Below, in pieces: positions 1 to 9,181 of a stretch of DNA of 64,000 nt (the first letter of the stretch is position 1; each line of letters opens with the position of its first letter). A model generated the notes under the pieces. It made no database searches. It was not told the DNA's origin and was given only the letters and a program-made list of their open reading frames with translations. Made by a program: the position numbers and the translations under genes. Source of the DNA: Candidatus Falkowbacteria bacterium GW2011_GWF2_43_32 (lineage in GTDB: Bacteria > Patescibacteriota > Patescibacteriia > Patescibacteriales > UBA12465); assembly GCA_000999715.1 (NCBI GenBank), contig LCGL01000003.1:26942-90941 (forward strand). Reading direction: 5' to 3'.

Positions 1-1
1 A

Positions 2-718
2 ATGTATTTGCATCATTCCATTTTAAAAATCTATCGCCGACACATCAATCTTTTTATCGCTCCCAGTCGCTTCATGAAAGAAACTGTGGTTAAAGCCGGT
101 TGGCCGGCCGAAAAAATTAAAGTTGTTTATAATTCCTACAGTCCGGATTTGGTCGGCCCGAAAACCACGCTTGATTCTGTCGTCACCGAGAAATCGGCCA
201 CACACGATTATTTTCTTTACTTCGGACGCCTTAATCAGGAAAAGGGAATAGAAACTTTATTGCAGGCCGCGGCTTTAAACGGCCTGACCTTAAAAATCGC
301 CGGCGACGGTCCGGAAAAAGCGGCCTTGGAGAAATCGGCCAAGCAGCTAAAAATAAAAGCCGAGTTCTTGGGCTTTAAAAACGCCGCGGAATTACTGCCG
401 CTAATCAAGAACGCCCAGGCCGTGGTTATCCCGTCCATCTGGCCGGAAAATATGCCCCTCAGCTTGCTGGAAGCGCTCAGTCTCGGCCAACCGGTGATTG
501 CGGCGCGCATCGGCGGTCTGCCGGAAATAATCAAAAACGGAAAAAACGGTTTTTTGTTTACTCCCGGCGACCCGCATGATCTCGCTCGTCAAATTAAAAA
601 TCTGACCGGCGCCGACCGGGACGAACTCAGCCGGGCGGCCGTTAAAACCGCCGCCGATTTTACGCCGGAAAAAAATCTGACGGCAATAATTAATATTTAT
701 AAACAATTTTGCAAATAA
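2..718 (+). CDS. Glycosyltransferase family 4 (GT-B fold), C-terminal part; 5' end outside window
   Basis: ORF open to window edge; GT4 C-terminal signature YFLYFGRL..EKG..GDGP..PSIWPENMPLSLLEALSLGQPVIA..GGLPE. Confidence 0.85.
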   Translation: MYLHHSILKIYRRHINLFIAPSRFMKETVVKAGWPAEKIKVVYNSYSPDLVGPKTTLDSVVTEKSATHDYFLYFGRLNQEKGIETLLQAAALNGLTLKIAGDGPEKAALEKSAKQLKIKAEFLGFKNAAELLPLIKNAQAVVIPSIWPENMPLSLLEALSLGQPVIAARIGGLPEIIKNGKNGFLFTPGDPHDLARQIKNLTGADRDELSRAAVKTAADFTPEKNLTAIINIYKQFCK

Positions 719-732
719 AACCATATACAAAA

Positions 733-762
733 ACACCTCAATTACAATTGAGGTGTTTTTTA
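733..762. terminator. Rho-independent terminator, bidirectional hairpin
   Basis: Perfect inverted repeat ACACCTCAATT/AATTGAGGTGT (733-743/746-756) with A-run before and T-run after, between convergent genes. Confidence 0.8.
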
Positions 763-785
763 TTGCTAGAATCAATATTATAAGC

Positions 786-2057
786 TTACTCGGTGACGGT
801 AAAAGAAATGCTGTAAGTCAATCCGGAAATTTCGCCGTCAACTTTGATATCCACGCGATCGGCCGACAAAGAGGGAACCACTAAAGGTTGATAGAAGCGT
901 CCGCGATTGTCGCTCTTGATAATCATATTTTCGGTACCGTCAAATAAGATGTGCAAATCTTCGTTAGGAAAATATCCGCCGCCGTTCAAAACAACGGTCG
1001 CACCCGGAGCGCCAAAAGTATGATCCAAATTCAAATATAAATTTTCCAAACTGGCGGTATCCGTTTCTTCCGTCGCTTGATAGGAAGCCAATTTCTTTAA
1101 ATTACCGTCCATAACCAAGATATTAGAATTGTTAAACACTACAATCTTCTCACCGTCGGCATAAACAACCTTCAATCCCATCGCCCAACCGCTCGGTCCG
1201 CCCATTTCTACCGTGTTGGCGGAAGAAACGGCCTGCATGGTATTTTTATCCAATTTCACGACTCCCAGACCGTTGGAAAAATAAACATAATCGGTATATC
1301 CGGAGCCGGACATATCGTAACCGTTATAATCCAAATGTTGGAAACTGCCCAACAAACGACCGTCCAAATCAAATTTTTTAGCATAATAATCATCAACCAC
1401 ATAAAGCTGACTATTGCCGTCCTGATAAGCCTGACGATTGCCGGTTTCTTTATAATTTAAAGCGATCTTAGTTTTTTCCAGCCGAGTCTCGCGATCATAA
1501 ACTGTCAAATAGCCGTCTTGAACGTTAAGAATGAAGCGATCGCCGTCAGCCTTGATATTATGAGGATTGTCGGCATTGGTGAATTTATGGGCATCAATAA
1601 CTTGCAAGTCTTTATTCCAAATTTTCACGCCTTTGTCGCTGATCGTCGCCAAATTATGACCGAATTTATCAACGCGCGTATACCATTCCCAATAAGTATT
1701 TCGTTGACTGGTAATCGGGTTTAAAACATCGTTGGCTATTTCATACTTATATAAAGTAAAGCCGCTGACCGCAAAAACGAACAAATGATTGTCTTCAACA
1801 GAAAATTTCAAGTCATAAAACTTGTCATAACGGTTGAGCTTGGCATCAAAAGGCTTTATTTTGGCAATTAATTTCAATTGCCCGTCTTCCAGCTTTAAAA
1901 TTTCCAAACTGTCGGTATTGGTAGAGCCGACATAAACTTCATTATTAAAGCTGATCGCATCGCCGGAATAATAAGTCTTGATTTTACTTTGGCTGTTATT
2001 AACAATTGCAAAAACTGCCAATAAAACCGCGAGAGATAAAAAGATTACTTTTTTCAT
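786..2057 (-). CDS. Secreted hypothetical protein, propeller-like beta-rich body with C-terminal Ig/IPT-like segment
   Basis: 423-aa ORF; signal peptide MKKVIFLSLAVLLAVFAIVNN; repetitive beta-strand pattern; no catalytic motif recognised. Confidence 0.6.
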   Translation of the reverse strand: MKKVIFLSLAVLLAVFAIVNNSQSKIKTYYSGDAISFNNEVYVGSTNTDSLEILKLEDGQLKLIAKIKPFDAKLNRYDKFYDLKFSVEDNHLFVFAVSGFTLYKYEIANDVLNPITSQRNTYWEWYTRVDKFGHNLATISDKGVKIWNKDLQVIDAHKFTNADNPHNIKADGDRFILNVQDGYLTVYDRETRLEKTKIALNYKETGNRQAYQDGNSQLYVVDDYYAKKFDLDGRLLGSFQHLDYNGYDMSGSGYTDYVYFSNGLGVVKLDKNTMQAVSSANTVEMGGPSGWAMGLKVVYADGEKIVVFNNSNILVMDGNLKKLASYQATEETDTASLENLYLNLDHTFGAPGATVVLNGGGYFPNEDLHILFDGTENMIIKSDNRGRFYQPLVVPSLSADRVDIKVDGEISGLTYSISFTVTE

Positions 2058-2112
2058 ATTAATTTTTTAGCTAATATTATATAATTATTTTCTAATAAAA
2101 CAAATTCTTTTT

Positions 2113-2141
2113 AATTTACACTATTTAATAAAAAATGTCAA
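2113..2141 (-). promoter_or_regulatory. Sigma70-type promoter for 786-2057
   Basis: Minus strand TTGACA (2136-2141) - 17 nt - TAAATT (2113-2118). Confidence 0.55.
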
Positions 2142-2173
2142 GGGGATTAAAAACAAAAGTTAATAACTAGCTA

Positions 2174-2202
2174 TTGACAAATAAAACTATTTATATTAGA
2201 AT
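2174..2202 (+). promoter_or_regulatory. Sigma70-type promoter for 2237-4062 unit
   Basis: TTGACA (2174-2179) - 17 nt - TAGAAT (2197-2202); preceded by GCTA, forming the recurrent 12-mer GCTATTGACAAA. Confidence 0.65.
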
Positions 2203-2236
2203 AAATTAATAATTTAAAAATAAAAAAAACTATTAT

Positions 2237-3016
2237 ATGGAATTTTCCGATTTTCTTAAATTAATAAAGAGTAAAAAAGGCACTATTTTGACCTTGGTCT
2301 TTATAGTGGTGTTGTTTACGATTGGCTTATCTCTGACCAGCCCCTTGAAATACGGGGCTGAATCTCGTCTTTTGGTGGCGCAAGATACCGCCGGCAACGA
2401 TCCCTATACCATTTCCAAATCTAACGAATATCTGGGCAATCTGTTCGCTCAAATCGTATATTCCGCTTCTTTCTATGATTTGGTTCTGGAATCTCCTTAT
2501 AATGTCGATAAAAACTACTTTTCCGGCGCTTACAATAAACAATTGAAAGCTTGGCAAAAAACGATTGATACCAAAACTATCAGCGATACCGGCATTATTG
2601 AAATAAACATTTATCATCAAAATCCTTATCAGGCACAGCAGATTTCTTTGGCGGTGAACGATATTTTAATTAATAAAAATGCTTATTATCACGGCAATAA
2701 TCAAACGACCAAAATCAACATTATCGATCAACCGCTCGTTTCCAGTTATCCGGTCAAACCGAATTTAATACAAAATCTGATTTTGGCTTTTGTCGCCGGA
2801 CTGCTTTTATCTTTATTTTATATTTATCTTTTTCCGGAAAGACGCTACGACTTGAAATTATGGTCGATTAAGAAAAAATCTCCGGTGAAATCGCTGGGAG
2901 GAGCGATTAAATTGGAAGATTATACCGGCGATCGGAACGCGGAACAAAAAGAAAATGAAAACGCCGACGGCTCCAATTGGCCGGAAGGGGATATCAACAA
3001 TATTTTAAGACAATAA
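2237..3016 (+). CDS. Polysaccharide co-polymerase / chain-length-determinant (Wzz-like) membrane protein
   Basis: 259 aa; TM near N-terminus (ILTLVFIVVLFTIGLSL) followed by PLKYGAESRLLV, second TM near residue 180-200 (LILAFVAGLLLSLFYIYLF); classic PCP topology. Confidence 0.65.
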   Translation: MEFSDFLKLIKSKKGTILTLVFIVVLFTIGLSLTSPLKYGAESRLLVAQDTAGNDPYTISKSNEYLGNLFAQIVYSASFYDLVLESPYNVDKNYFSGAYNKQLKAWQKTIDTKTISDTGIIEINIYHQNPYQAQQISLAVNDILINKNAYYHGNNQTTKINIIDQPLVSSYPVKPNLIQNLILAFVAGLLLSLFYIYLFPERRYDLKLWSIKKKSPVKSLGGAIKLEDYTGDRNAEQKENENADGSNWPEGDINNILRQ

Positions 3017-3093
3017 AAACAATTAATAAATTTAAATAACAGTTGTAGAATTATTAACGTATCTTAAAAAACAACCCAAAGGAGGTTCATATC

Positions 3094-4062
3094 ATGACTA
3101 GAAAACTAATAGTTATTATCGTTCTGTTGGCCGCAGCGGTCAACGTTAACGCGCAGGCCCGGTATAACCGGATGAATATCGAAATTGAAGAAAACTATCA
3201 CTTCTTCAACAATCCCGCTTTCGGAAATGGCAATGTAATCGTCGTTTCCGGCGAATGGCTGCCCGGCTTTAATAAGCCAAAAGGTATTTTCGGAATCATC
3301 AACAGCGATGTTGATAAGATAAACTTAGGCGTTTATTATTCTTCGACCATTCGGTCGTGGGAAGATAAGCGTCCGACTCTAAGCACCGGATTTAACGTGA
3401 ACGATTTTCAGCAAGAAAGCTTCGGTGTAGCCGCCTTAATGAACATCACCGGATTGCAAACAATCGGCGACATTACCGTTCTGGCAAAAACCGGACCGAA
3501 TAATTTTAACGGAAATATTGTAAATAAAATGATTTATAATATTTATCTTGATTCGGTCTTGGCCGAATCGCAAACTAAAAATTATTCGGAAAATCTTAAA
3601 AATTTCGGTTGGAATTTTCAAACAAAAATCACTCGTTTCAACCGCAACACCATTTGGGCTTTCCGAAACTCTTTAGCGGTAGAATATTTAGCCGTCATTA
3701 CTTCGGAAATAAAACGTTATGAAAACTATGCTTTGATTGAAAATTCTCAAAACCGAAAAGGTCGATTTGCGATTATGGCCGAATCCAATGTCACCGATAT
3801 CAATTTGAACGATAAAATCGGTCTCGATCCGAGAGTCAAAATCGGCTTTGTAAAAGGGGAAACTTACAATTTCGGTTTGGCGGACAACGACGGACAAATG
3901 ATTTTGGGACTTGGTCTGTCTTTAATCCCCAGAACGGACAGAAGCAATGACATCATTAACGACGCCATCAATCTTTATTATGAATGGCATAGCGGCGGAG
4001 AAAGAGCCGGCGGACAATTGTCCGTCAAATGTAACCTATTTTCCCTGGGAAGATTATTATAA
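3094..4062 (+). CDS. Secreted beta-rich hypothetical protein
   Basis: 322 aa; strong SD AAAGGAGG; signal peptide ending NVNAQA; Asn/Gly/aromatic-rich alternating pattern. Confidence 0.6.
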   Translation: MTRKLIVIIVLLAAAVNVNAQARYNRMNIEIEENYHFFNNPAFGNGNVIVVSGEWLPGFNKPKGIFGIINSDVDKINLGVYYSSTIRSWEDKRPTLSTGFNVNDFQQESFGVAALMNITGLQTIGDITVLAKTGPNNFNGNIVNKMIYNIYLDSVLAESQTKNYSENLKNFGWNFQTKITRFNRNTIWAFRNSLAVEYLAVITSEIKRYENYALIENSQNRKGRFAIMAESNVTDINLNDKIGLDPRVKIGFVKGETYNFGLADNDGQMILGLGLSLIPRTDRSNDIINDAINLYYEWHSGGERAGGQLSVKCNLFSLGRLL

Positions 4063-4093
4063 GCACATTACATAATCAGCGGAAAAATAAAAA

Positions 4094-4125
4094 AGCGTCG
4101 AAATTATTCGGCGCTTGTTTTTTTT
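4094..4125. terminator. Rho-independent terminator, bidirectional
   Basis: Stem AGCGTCGAA/TTCGGCGCT (one G-U), loop ATTA, T-run 4118-4125, A-run upstream; between convergent genes. Confidence 0.75.
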
Positions 4126-4142
4126 GACTTTTAAAATTCGGT

Positions 4143-4883
4143 TTACGGAAGAAAGAACGATTGAATAACATAACAATCTAAATCTTCGTTAAAGACTCCA
4201 CCTCGCATATCCGCCAGGGAACCGTCGATATTGTGATAATCGCCGCCGTAACGAAGACATAAAAATTCCTGTTCGCCAAAATTCAACCAATAACTTAAAT
4301 CATTGAAAGACAAATAATACCAAGGCTCTCGATAAAAATTCAGTAGCTCCAGCTCTTGTCCGTTAAACAGCAATTGCCCTTGAGCATTAACGCTGTCGGC
4401 AAAAATAACGAAAGGCAAGGGGCGCGTCGGACAAAAAGCGGCATTAAAAAACAAAGTGTCAATTCCGATGCGAAAGCGAGCGCTATCGGTGTTATCGCCC
4501 CATAAGCCCGGCAGCCAAACCGTTGTCCCGGGGTAATCAATCGCGTAAATTTCCGCGGTGTCTTTAAAACCACGTCCGCCGTTAGTGGCAAACAAATCAA
4601 TCGCATACCGACCAGCCATAGGCAAAGAATAATAAAAACTCTTGTCATAAAAAGTTTCGTCATTCAAATTTATCTCATAGTAATCCACGAGATAAAAATC
4701 GGGGACATTGGCGTAAACGCTAAATAATGAATCAACATAAACGGTGTCAATTTCTTGACCGTTAATCAACACAACAAAAGATAAATCATTATTAATAAAC
4801 TTATCTATTTTTTCCGGTGGCCGCTCTTCAAAGCATGCCGTAAAAATTACGACAATTATCGCCAAAATCGCAAATTTTTTCAT
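4143..4883 (-). CDS. Lipoprotein with PKD/Ig-like segment, function unknown
   Basis: 246 aa; lipobox IVVIFTAC; segment AGRYAIDLFATNGGRGFKDTAEIYAI resembles a PKD strand pattern. Confidence 0.6.
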   Translation of the reverse strand: MKKFAILAIIVVIFTACFEERPPEKIDKFINNDLSFVVLINGQEIDTVYVDSLFSVYANVPDFYLVDYYEINLNDETFYDKSFYYSLPMAGRYAIDLFATNGGRGFKDTAEIYAIDYPGTTVWLPGLWGDNTDSARFRIGIDTLFFNAAFCPTRPLPFVIFADSVNAQGQLLFNGQELELLNFYREPWYYLSFNDLSYWLNFGEQEFLCLRYGGDYHNIDGSLADMRGGVFNEDLDCYVIQSFFLP

Positions 4884-4939
4884 GGTTTCTATCGTTTTTA
4901 AATGTAGTTGTTAAAGAATTGAAAATTTATTTTCATTTA

Positions 4940-4968
4940 ATCTTAATATAAATTCAAACTTTTGTAAA
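4940..4968 (-). promoter_or_regulatory. Sigma70-type promoter for 4143-4883
   Basis: Minus strand TTTACA (4963-4968) - 17 nt - TAAGAT (4940-4945). Confidence 0.45.
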
Positions 4969-5063
4969 GAAGCAAATAAAAAAAATAGATTATCTTTAGC
5001 GTCTATAATTAATATGTAGAAATATTTAGCTAACTTTAGCTATAATTTATCACAGCTTCACTA

Positions 5064-5092
5064 TTGACAAAAACCAAAAAAAAGTATAAAAT
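5064..5092 (+). promoter_or_regulatory. Sigma70-type promoter for 5192-7552 unit
   Basis: TTGACA (5064-5069) - 17 nt - TAAAAT (5087-5092); context ACTATTGACAAA. Confidence 0.65.
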
Positions 5093-5191
5093 AATTTGAA
5101 CTATAATTTTAGGCTAATGGCGTAATTTATAGCTCGGGAGATTAAAAACCCTATAAAAATTGTTGTTTAAAAACTAAAAATCCAGATACTC

Positions 5192-6397
5192 ATGAAAAAA
5201 CTTATGATTTTGGCGGCCGCGGTCGCTGTATTAACGGTTTCTTGCCGAGAGGAGGCGACTCCTTTTGAAGAAGAACCGCAAATTATTCCGAAAATTTATC
5301 TATCTTGGGACAGACCGGAAGAATTAAGAGCCCTTAATGTCTATTTGGGGTTTGAAAAAAGTGACCTCACCACGGAAGAAGTGGAAGAATTATATCACAA
5401 TTCCGCGCGCTTAATGATCCCTTATAAAGGAATCGTTAAAATGCTGAAATCTCCAAGTCAACCGACGGAGACGCAAATCCAAGCGCTCATAAGAAATCTG
5501 CAAATGGATTCTCTTTATTGTGATTTTACCGAGCTGAAAAATAGCCTGAACTATTTTCTCTTGAAAGGACGTCCGGTTTGCGTGGACATTCATGAATTTA
5601 TCGGTTATTTCCTGTATACCAATGAAGCAAACGACGCTCGTGATTCATCCCTTTTTATCAGCGCCTACAAACAAATTCTTTTAAAAGAATTTGAATTGCA
5701 GTTGGCGGGATTCTTGGAAAGAAATTACGCTCAGCAGGTGGAGGATGGCAATATTTGTTTGGAACTTCTTAATGAGCCTAAAAGCGACAGATGGGAAGAC
5801 ATTCAAAAAGATTTGGCGCAAGCCATCTCTGCCAAGTTTCCGAAATTGTGTTTAGCCGTCAGGCCGGACCAATCTTATTCTCCTAATTGCTTGCGGGCCA
5901 CTTGGTTCGATCCGGCTGATTACAGGAACATCAGGCATCTCACTTTCGTCAACTTTTGGTTTGCGGAAAGACCGGATATCGGCGCTTCGCCAATGGACTT
6001 CGCTATTCAGTACGACAAATTCGTACGATACCGAAACGGCGAAGATGTGGAATTTAATCTTTTTGGCGACCTAATAACCGGTTATTACTCACACCGGGAT
6101 TATGCTTTAAATCAACAATTGTTGGAAGAAGAATTCCAAATGTGCGTTGATTGGGCAAACAACCAGGGAGAAAAAATATTCTTTGCCGAACTTGGCTGTA
6201 TTCGCTACGCGGATCCGGACGGACAATATTTTCTTAATTGTCTCAAACTCGGACAAGAATATGACATCGGCATCGGCTTATTTGAAGTCGGCGCCCAATA
6301 TTTTTTCAATTACGACGGCGACGTGCCGTTTTATTTGAACGATAAAAGCTGGACGGGATTTCAATATCTGCAAATGGATCCGGCGGAACTAAACTGA
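5192..6397 (+). CDS. Lipoprotein, clan GH-A (GH5-like) glycoside hydrolase candidate
   Basis: 401 aa; lipobox VLTVSC; LELLNEP (NEP codons 5771-5779), SHRDY about 30 aa before FFAELG (Glu codon 6188-6190) = acid/base, His-x-x-Tyr and nucleophile pattern of GH5. Confidence 0.6.
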   Translation: MKKLMILAAAVAVLTVSCREEATPFEEEPQIIPKIYLSWDRPEELRALNVYLGFEKSDLTTEEVEELYHNSARLMIPYKGIVKMLKSPSQPTETQIQALIRNLQMDSLYCDFTELKNSLNYFLLKGRPVCVDIHEFIGYFLYTNEANDARDSSLFISAYKQILLKEFELQLAGFLERNYAQQVEDGNICLELLNEPKSDRWEDIQKDLAQAISAKFPKLCLAVRPDQSYSPNCLRATWFDPADYRNIRHLTFVNFWFAERPDIGASPMDFAIQYDKFVRYRNGEDVEFNLFGDLITGYYSHRDYALNQQLLEEEFQMCVDWANNQGEKIFFAELGCIRYADPDGQYFLNCLKLGQEYDIGIGLFEVGAQYFFNYDGDVPFYLNDKSWTGFQYLQMDPAELN

Positions 6398-6424
6398 AAT
6401 TGAAACTGTAAAAACTGAAAGATC

Positions 6425-7552
6425 ATGAAAAAAAACACCTTTAAAAATTGGAATCACCTGACGGGATTAATTATCCTTTTGAGTTTGTTAATCACCGGTT
6501 GTCGCGAGGCGCCGGATGATATCGGTAAAATTGAAAATCCTTGGACCGTTTCTATCGACGGCCCGACAGTGGCTTACGTCGGCGATACGATATCGCTGAC
6601 CGCCGTGTTGACCGGCAACGTTGTCGACTATAATCAAACGGCTTTTGACTGGATTATAAGCGATCCGGATGGCCTTACAAAAGCTTATACCGGTAAAAAG
6701 GCGAAGGTAGAACTGACTAAAGTCGGGGAATATTATGCCGAACTTGAAGCGACCGACTCTGACGGAGAAACAAAAACCGCCAATCTCGGTACCACCGCCA
6801 ATCGTCGCGGCGTAATTATTTCTTTAGGCCAAACGGCAGGGAACTATCTCTCCGGAGATAATCTTCAGTTTGACTCTTTGGGAATATATATCAAATTGAT
6901 TGCCGCGCCCGATGATTCGCTGGGCAGATTCACTCTGCACTTTGGAGATGATTTGGTTTTAGACACTACCATCGCGGCCACTCAAACGGTTCTAATGCAT
7001 CGTTATTCCGATTATGGAAACTATCAACTGGAATTCATAAACGACGAAACGATTGTCAAATCATTCACTATTGTCGCTCCCGATCCGGACGATGATACAA
7101 CGACAGTTTATGACGTTGACTTGGCGGAATATGACGACTTGACGGTACCTACGGATTATCCGGATGCCATGTTCGCTCAAGTGGACAGCGTTAATAACAA
7201 GTTTTATCTGCTTATTTCTGTCACGGCGACAGAAAGAGCCATCGGTCCCAATACCGAAATAACTTTAAAAGGGAACTGGGAAGGAAACAATTACAGCGAC
7301 TGGACAAGTTATTTGACCGGCACCGGCTACTCTCTGACGGTAACGACCGAAAAAGGCCGTTATCTTAAACTGGAGATAAACGATTATATCGAGGAATTCG
7401 AATATCGGGGAAACATCGTTTTGGACGACGGCAATTGGATTAACGCCCAAAACATGATGCCTTACTACGACATGGATCTGAGCATCGGAGATACCGGAAG
7501 CATTCACCTTATTATTCGTAACGGGAAAGTAATAGTCGTGATAAAAAAGTAA
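6425..7552 (+). CDS. Lipoprotein with two PKD-like Ig domains
   Basis: 375 aa; lipobox SLLITGC; FDWIISDPDG..GEYYAELEATDSDGETKTA and HRYSDYGNYQLEF match PKD-type WxxGD/HxY/GxY pattern. Confidence 0.65.
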   Translation: MKKNTFKNWNHLTGLIILLSLLITGCREAPDDIGKIENPWTVSIDGPTVAYVGDTISLTAVLTGNVVDYNQTAFDWIISDPDGLTKAYTGKKAKVELTKVGEYYAELEATDSDGETKTANLGTTANRRGVIISLGQTAGNYLSGDNLQFDSLGIYIKLIAAPDDSLGRFTLHFGDDLVLDTTIAATQTVLMHRYSDYGNYQLEFINDETIVKSFTIVAPDPDDDTTTVYDVDLAEYDDLTVPTDYPDAMFAQVDSVNNKFYLLISVTATERAIGPNTEITLKGNWEGNNYSDWTSYLTGTGYSLTVTTEKGRYLKLEINDYIEEFEYRGNIVLDDGNWINAQNMMPYYDMDLSIGDTGSIHLIIRNGKVIVVIKK

Positions 7553-7576
7553 TTTGTTGTAAGAAAATCAACAATC

Positions 7577-7603
7577 AAAGGCCTTTCTAAGAAAGGCCTT
7601 TTT
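7577..7603 (+). terminator. Rho-independent terminator for 6425-7552
   Basis: Stem AAAGGCCTTTC/GAAAGGCCTTT, loop TAA, followed by T-run. Confidence 0.8.
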
Positions 7604-7650
7604 CATTAACCGGACATCGCCGCTAAAATAAAATTAAATTTTATTAAATA

Positions 7651-7680
7651 TAAAAAAGGCTTTCCGTAAGGAGAGCCTTG
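7651..7680 (-). terminator. Rho-independent terminator for 7708-9000
   Basis: 10-bp stem AAGGCTTTCC/GGAGAGCCTT (one G-U), loop GTAA; on minus strand followed by T-run (complement of 7651-7657). Confidence 0.75.
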
Positions 7681-7707
7681 TTTGTTTGTTCGTATTTTGT
7701 CCGGTCG

Positions 7708-9000
7708 TTAATTATCTTGATATTTTAATTCCCAGACTAACTGCGTAATTTCTTGCGGCGAAGGTTGAAGAACCGTTGCCATTTCCTGATGATTTCCCAT
7801 TGATTTGGCACTATTCATCGGTGTCATAAACACCAAAGCGTCCAAATCTTCATTATACAAAGACCAAGCCGTGATATCTAATAATACACCGTCAACTCCC
7901 GGTCGAATCATAATCCAATTCGCGCCACCGGATTGAAAAGAAATAGAATCTTTGGCTACCATGGCGTACATGGACCCTCCATACATAGTCAAAGAAACAT
8001 CTTCAGACTGTTGAGTAGTTCCGTTAATGGCTCTAACAAACTTATTTTCACCTAAAATGCCGGAATAATCAATGTACAGATTTACTTGATCTTCCATAAT
8101 TTTTGCATCATTGTTAGCTACCGCTCCAGAAGGAATTTGAGGCGAATAAGACAAGGGAAAAGGAATACCATTAATGAAAATGAACCCAATGGCTATTGTG
8201 ATATTACCATTTAAAACTGTATCTAAATAATATCCACCCATCCTCTCTGCATTAACCGTAAACCACTGATTATTGATTGAGTGCACCTGCAACCAATAAA
8301 TATTACCCAAGGGCGTTGGAGTAATATTGCTGTTTTTGGCAATAATTTCCACTTCCATATAACCCGGATGCTCAACGCTGTTAATAACATTGGCGTCAAT
8401 CAACGTCCAATTATCACTTCCACCGATATTGCCGTGCGCCTGTATCGTTCCCACAGGATCATTATTCCAAGCCGTCAGCCACAGCCAGCGACAATAGTAA
8501 TAACCGTTGCCCATGTCATAAGCAGTATCCACCATTTGATTCAAATTGACCGGATCAAACGGATACTCATCCGAACATATCAAACCAATAGTATCTACCA
8601 ACGTAACAATTGACGAATCGGCGGAAATAATCAAATCCACGGCACCGTCCCGAATGGAATATGAATGAGCCACAATAATATCGTTTCCGGAAACTACTCC
8701 CACATTGCTGGTTTCGTCGCCCCAGGAAAAAACATAATTATCGAAAACTGCACCATCGGTAATTTTGAAGAAATTAGAGGTCTTGTAAAACATGGTATCG
8801 CCAACCTCCAAATAATCCGGAGCGTTCATTGATTTTAGTCTGCCATACTCCGTAGCAGAAATTTGTTCCACTAAAAAGTGGTAGGATCTAAATTCATGGG
8901 TTCGGAAATCATTGATAATGAATTCCTCACCTTCTTTCCTGCAAGAAAACAGGGATAAAAGCATCAGGCCACATAAGCCAAAAAACATTTTTGTCTTCAT
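7708..9000 (-). CDS. Lipoprotein with N-terminal PKD-like segment, function unknown
   Basis: 430 aa; lipobox LLSLFSC; FSWGDETSN..VAHSYSIRDGAVDLIIS is PKD-like; notably AT-rich coding sequence. Confidence 0.6.
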   Translation of the reverse strand: MKTKMFFGLCGLMLLSLFSCRKEGEEFIINDFRTHEFRSYHFLVEQISATEYGRLKSMNAPDYLEVGDTMFYKTSNFFKITDGAVFDNYVFSWGDETSNVGVVSGNDIIVAHSYSIRDGAVDLIISADSSIVTLVDTIGLICSDEYPFDPVNLNQMVDTAYDMGNGYYYCRWLWLTAWNNDPVGTIQAHGNIGGSDNWTLIDANVINSVEHPGYMEVEIIAKNSNITPTPLGNIYWLQVHSINNQWFTVNAERMGGYYLDTVLNGNITIAIGFIFINGIPFPLSYSPQIPSGAVANNDAKIMEDQVNLYIDYSGILGENKFVRAINGTTQQSEDVSLTMYGGSMYAMVAKDSISFQSGGANWIMIRPGVDGVLLDITAWSLYNEDLDALVFMTPMNSAKSMGNHQEMATVLQPSPQEITQLVWELKYQDN

Positions 9001-9057
9001 CTTTTCAGAGTTTAAATGATTGTTAAAAAACTATAGTTAATTTTCCATTAACTTATC

Positions 9058-9086
9058 AGTTTATATTAAATTTTAATTTTTGTCAA
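9058..9086 (-). promoter_or_regulatory. Sigma70-type promoter for 7708-9000
   Basis: Minus strand TTGACA (9081-9086) - 17 nt - TAAACT (9058-9063); 12-mer GCTATTGACAAA at 9079-9090 (minus). Confidence 0.6.
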
Positions 9087-9181
9087 TAGCAATAAGACGT
9101 CTTTACAAATCTTTCTATACATTACTTAAAATCATAATATATTACTTAATATTAGCTAAATAATAATTAAAGCTACAGCTA

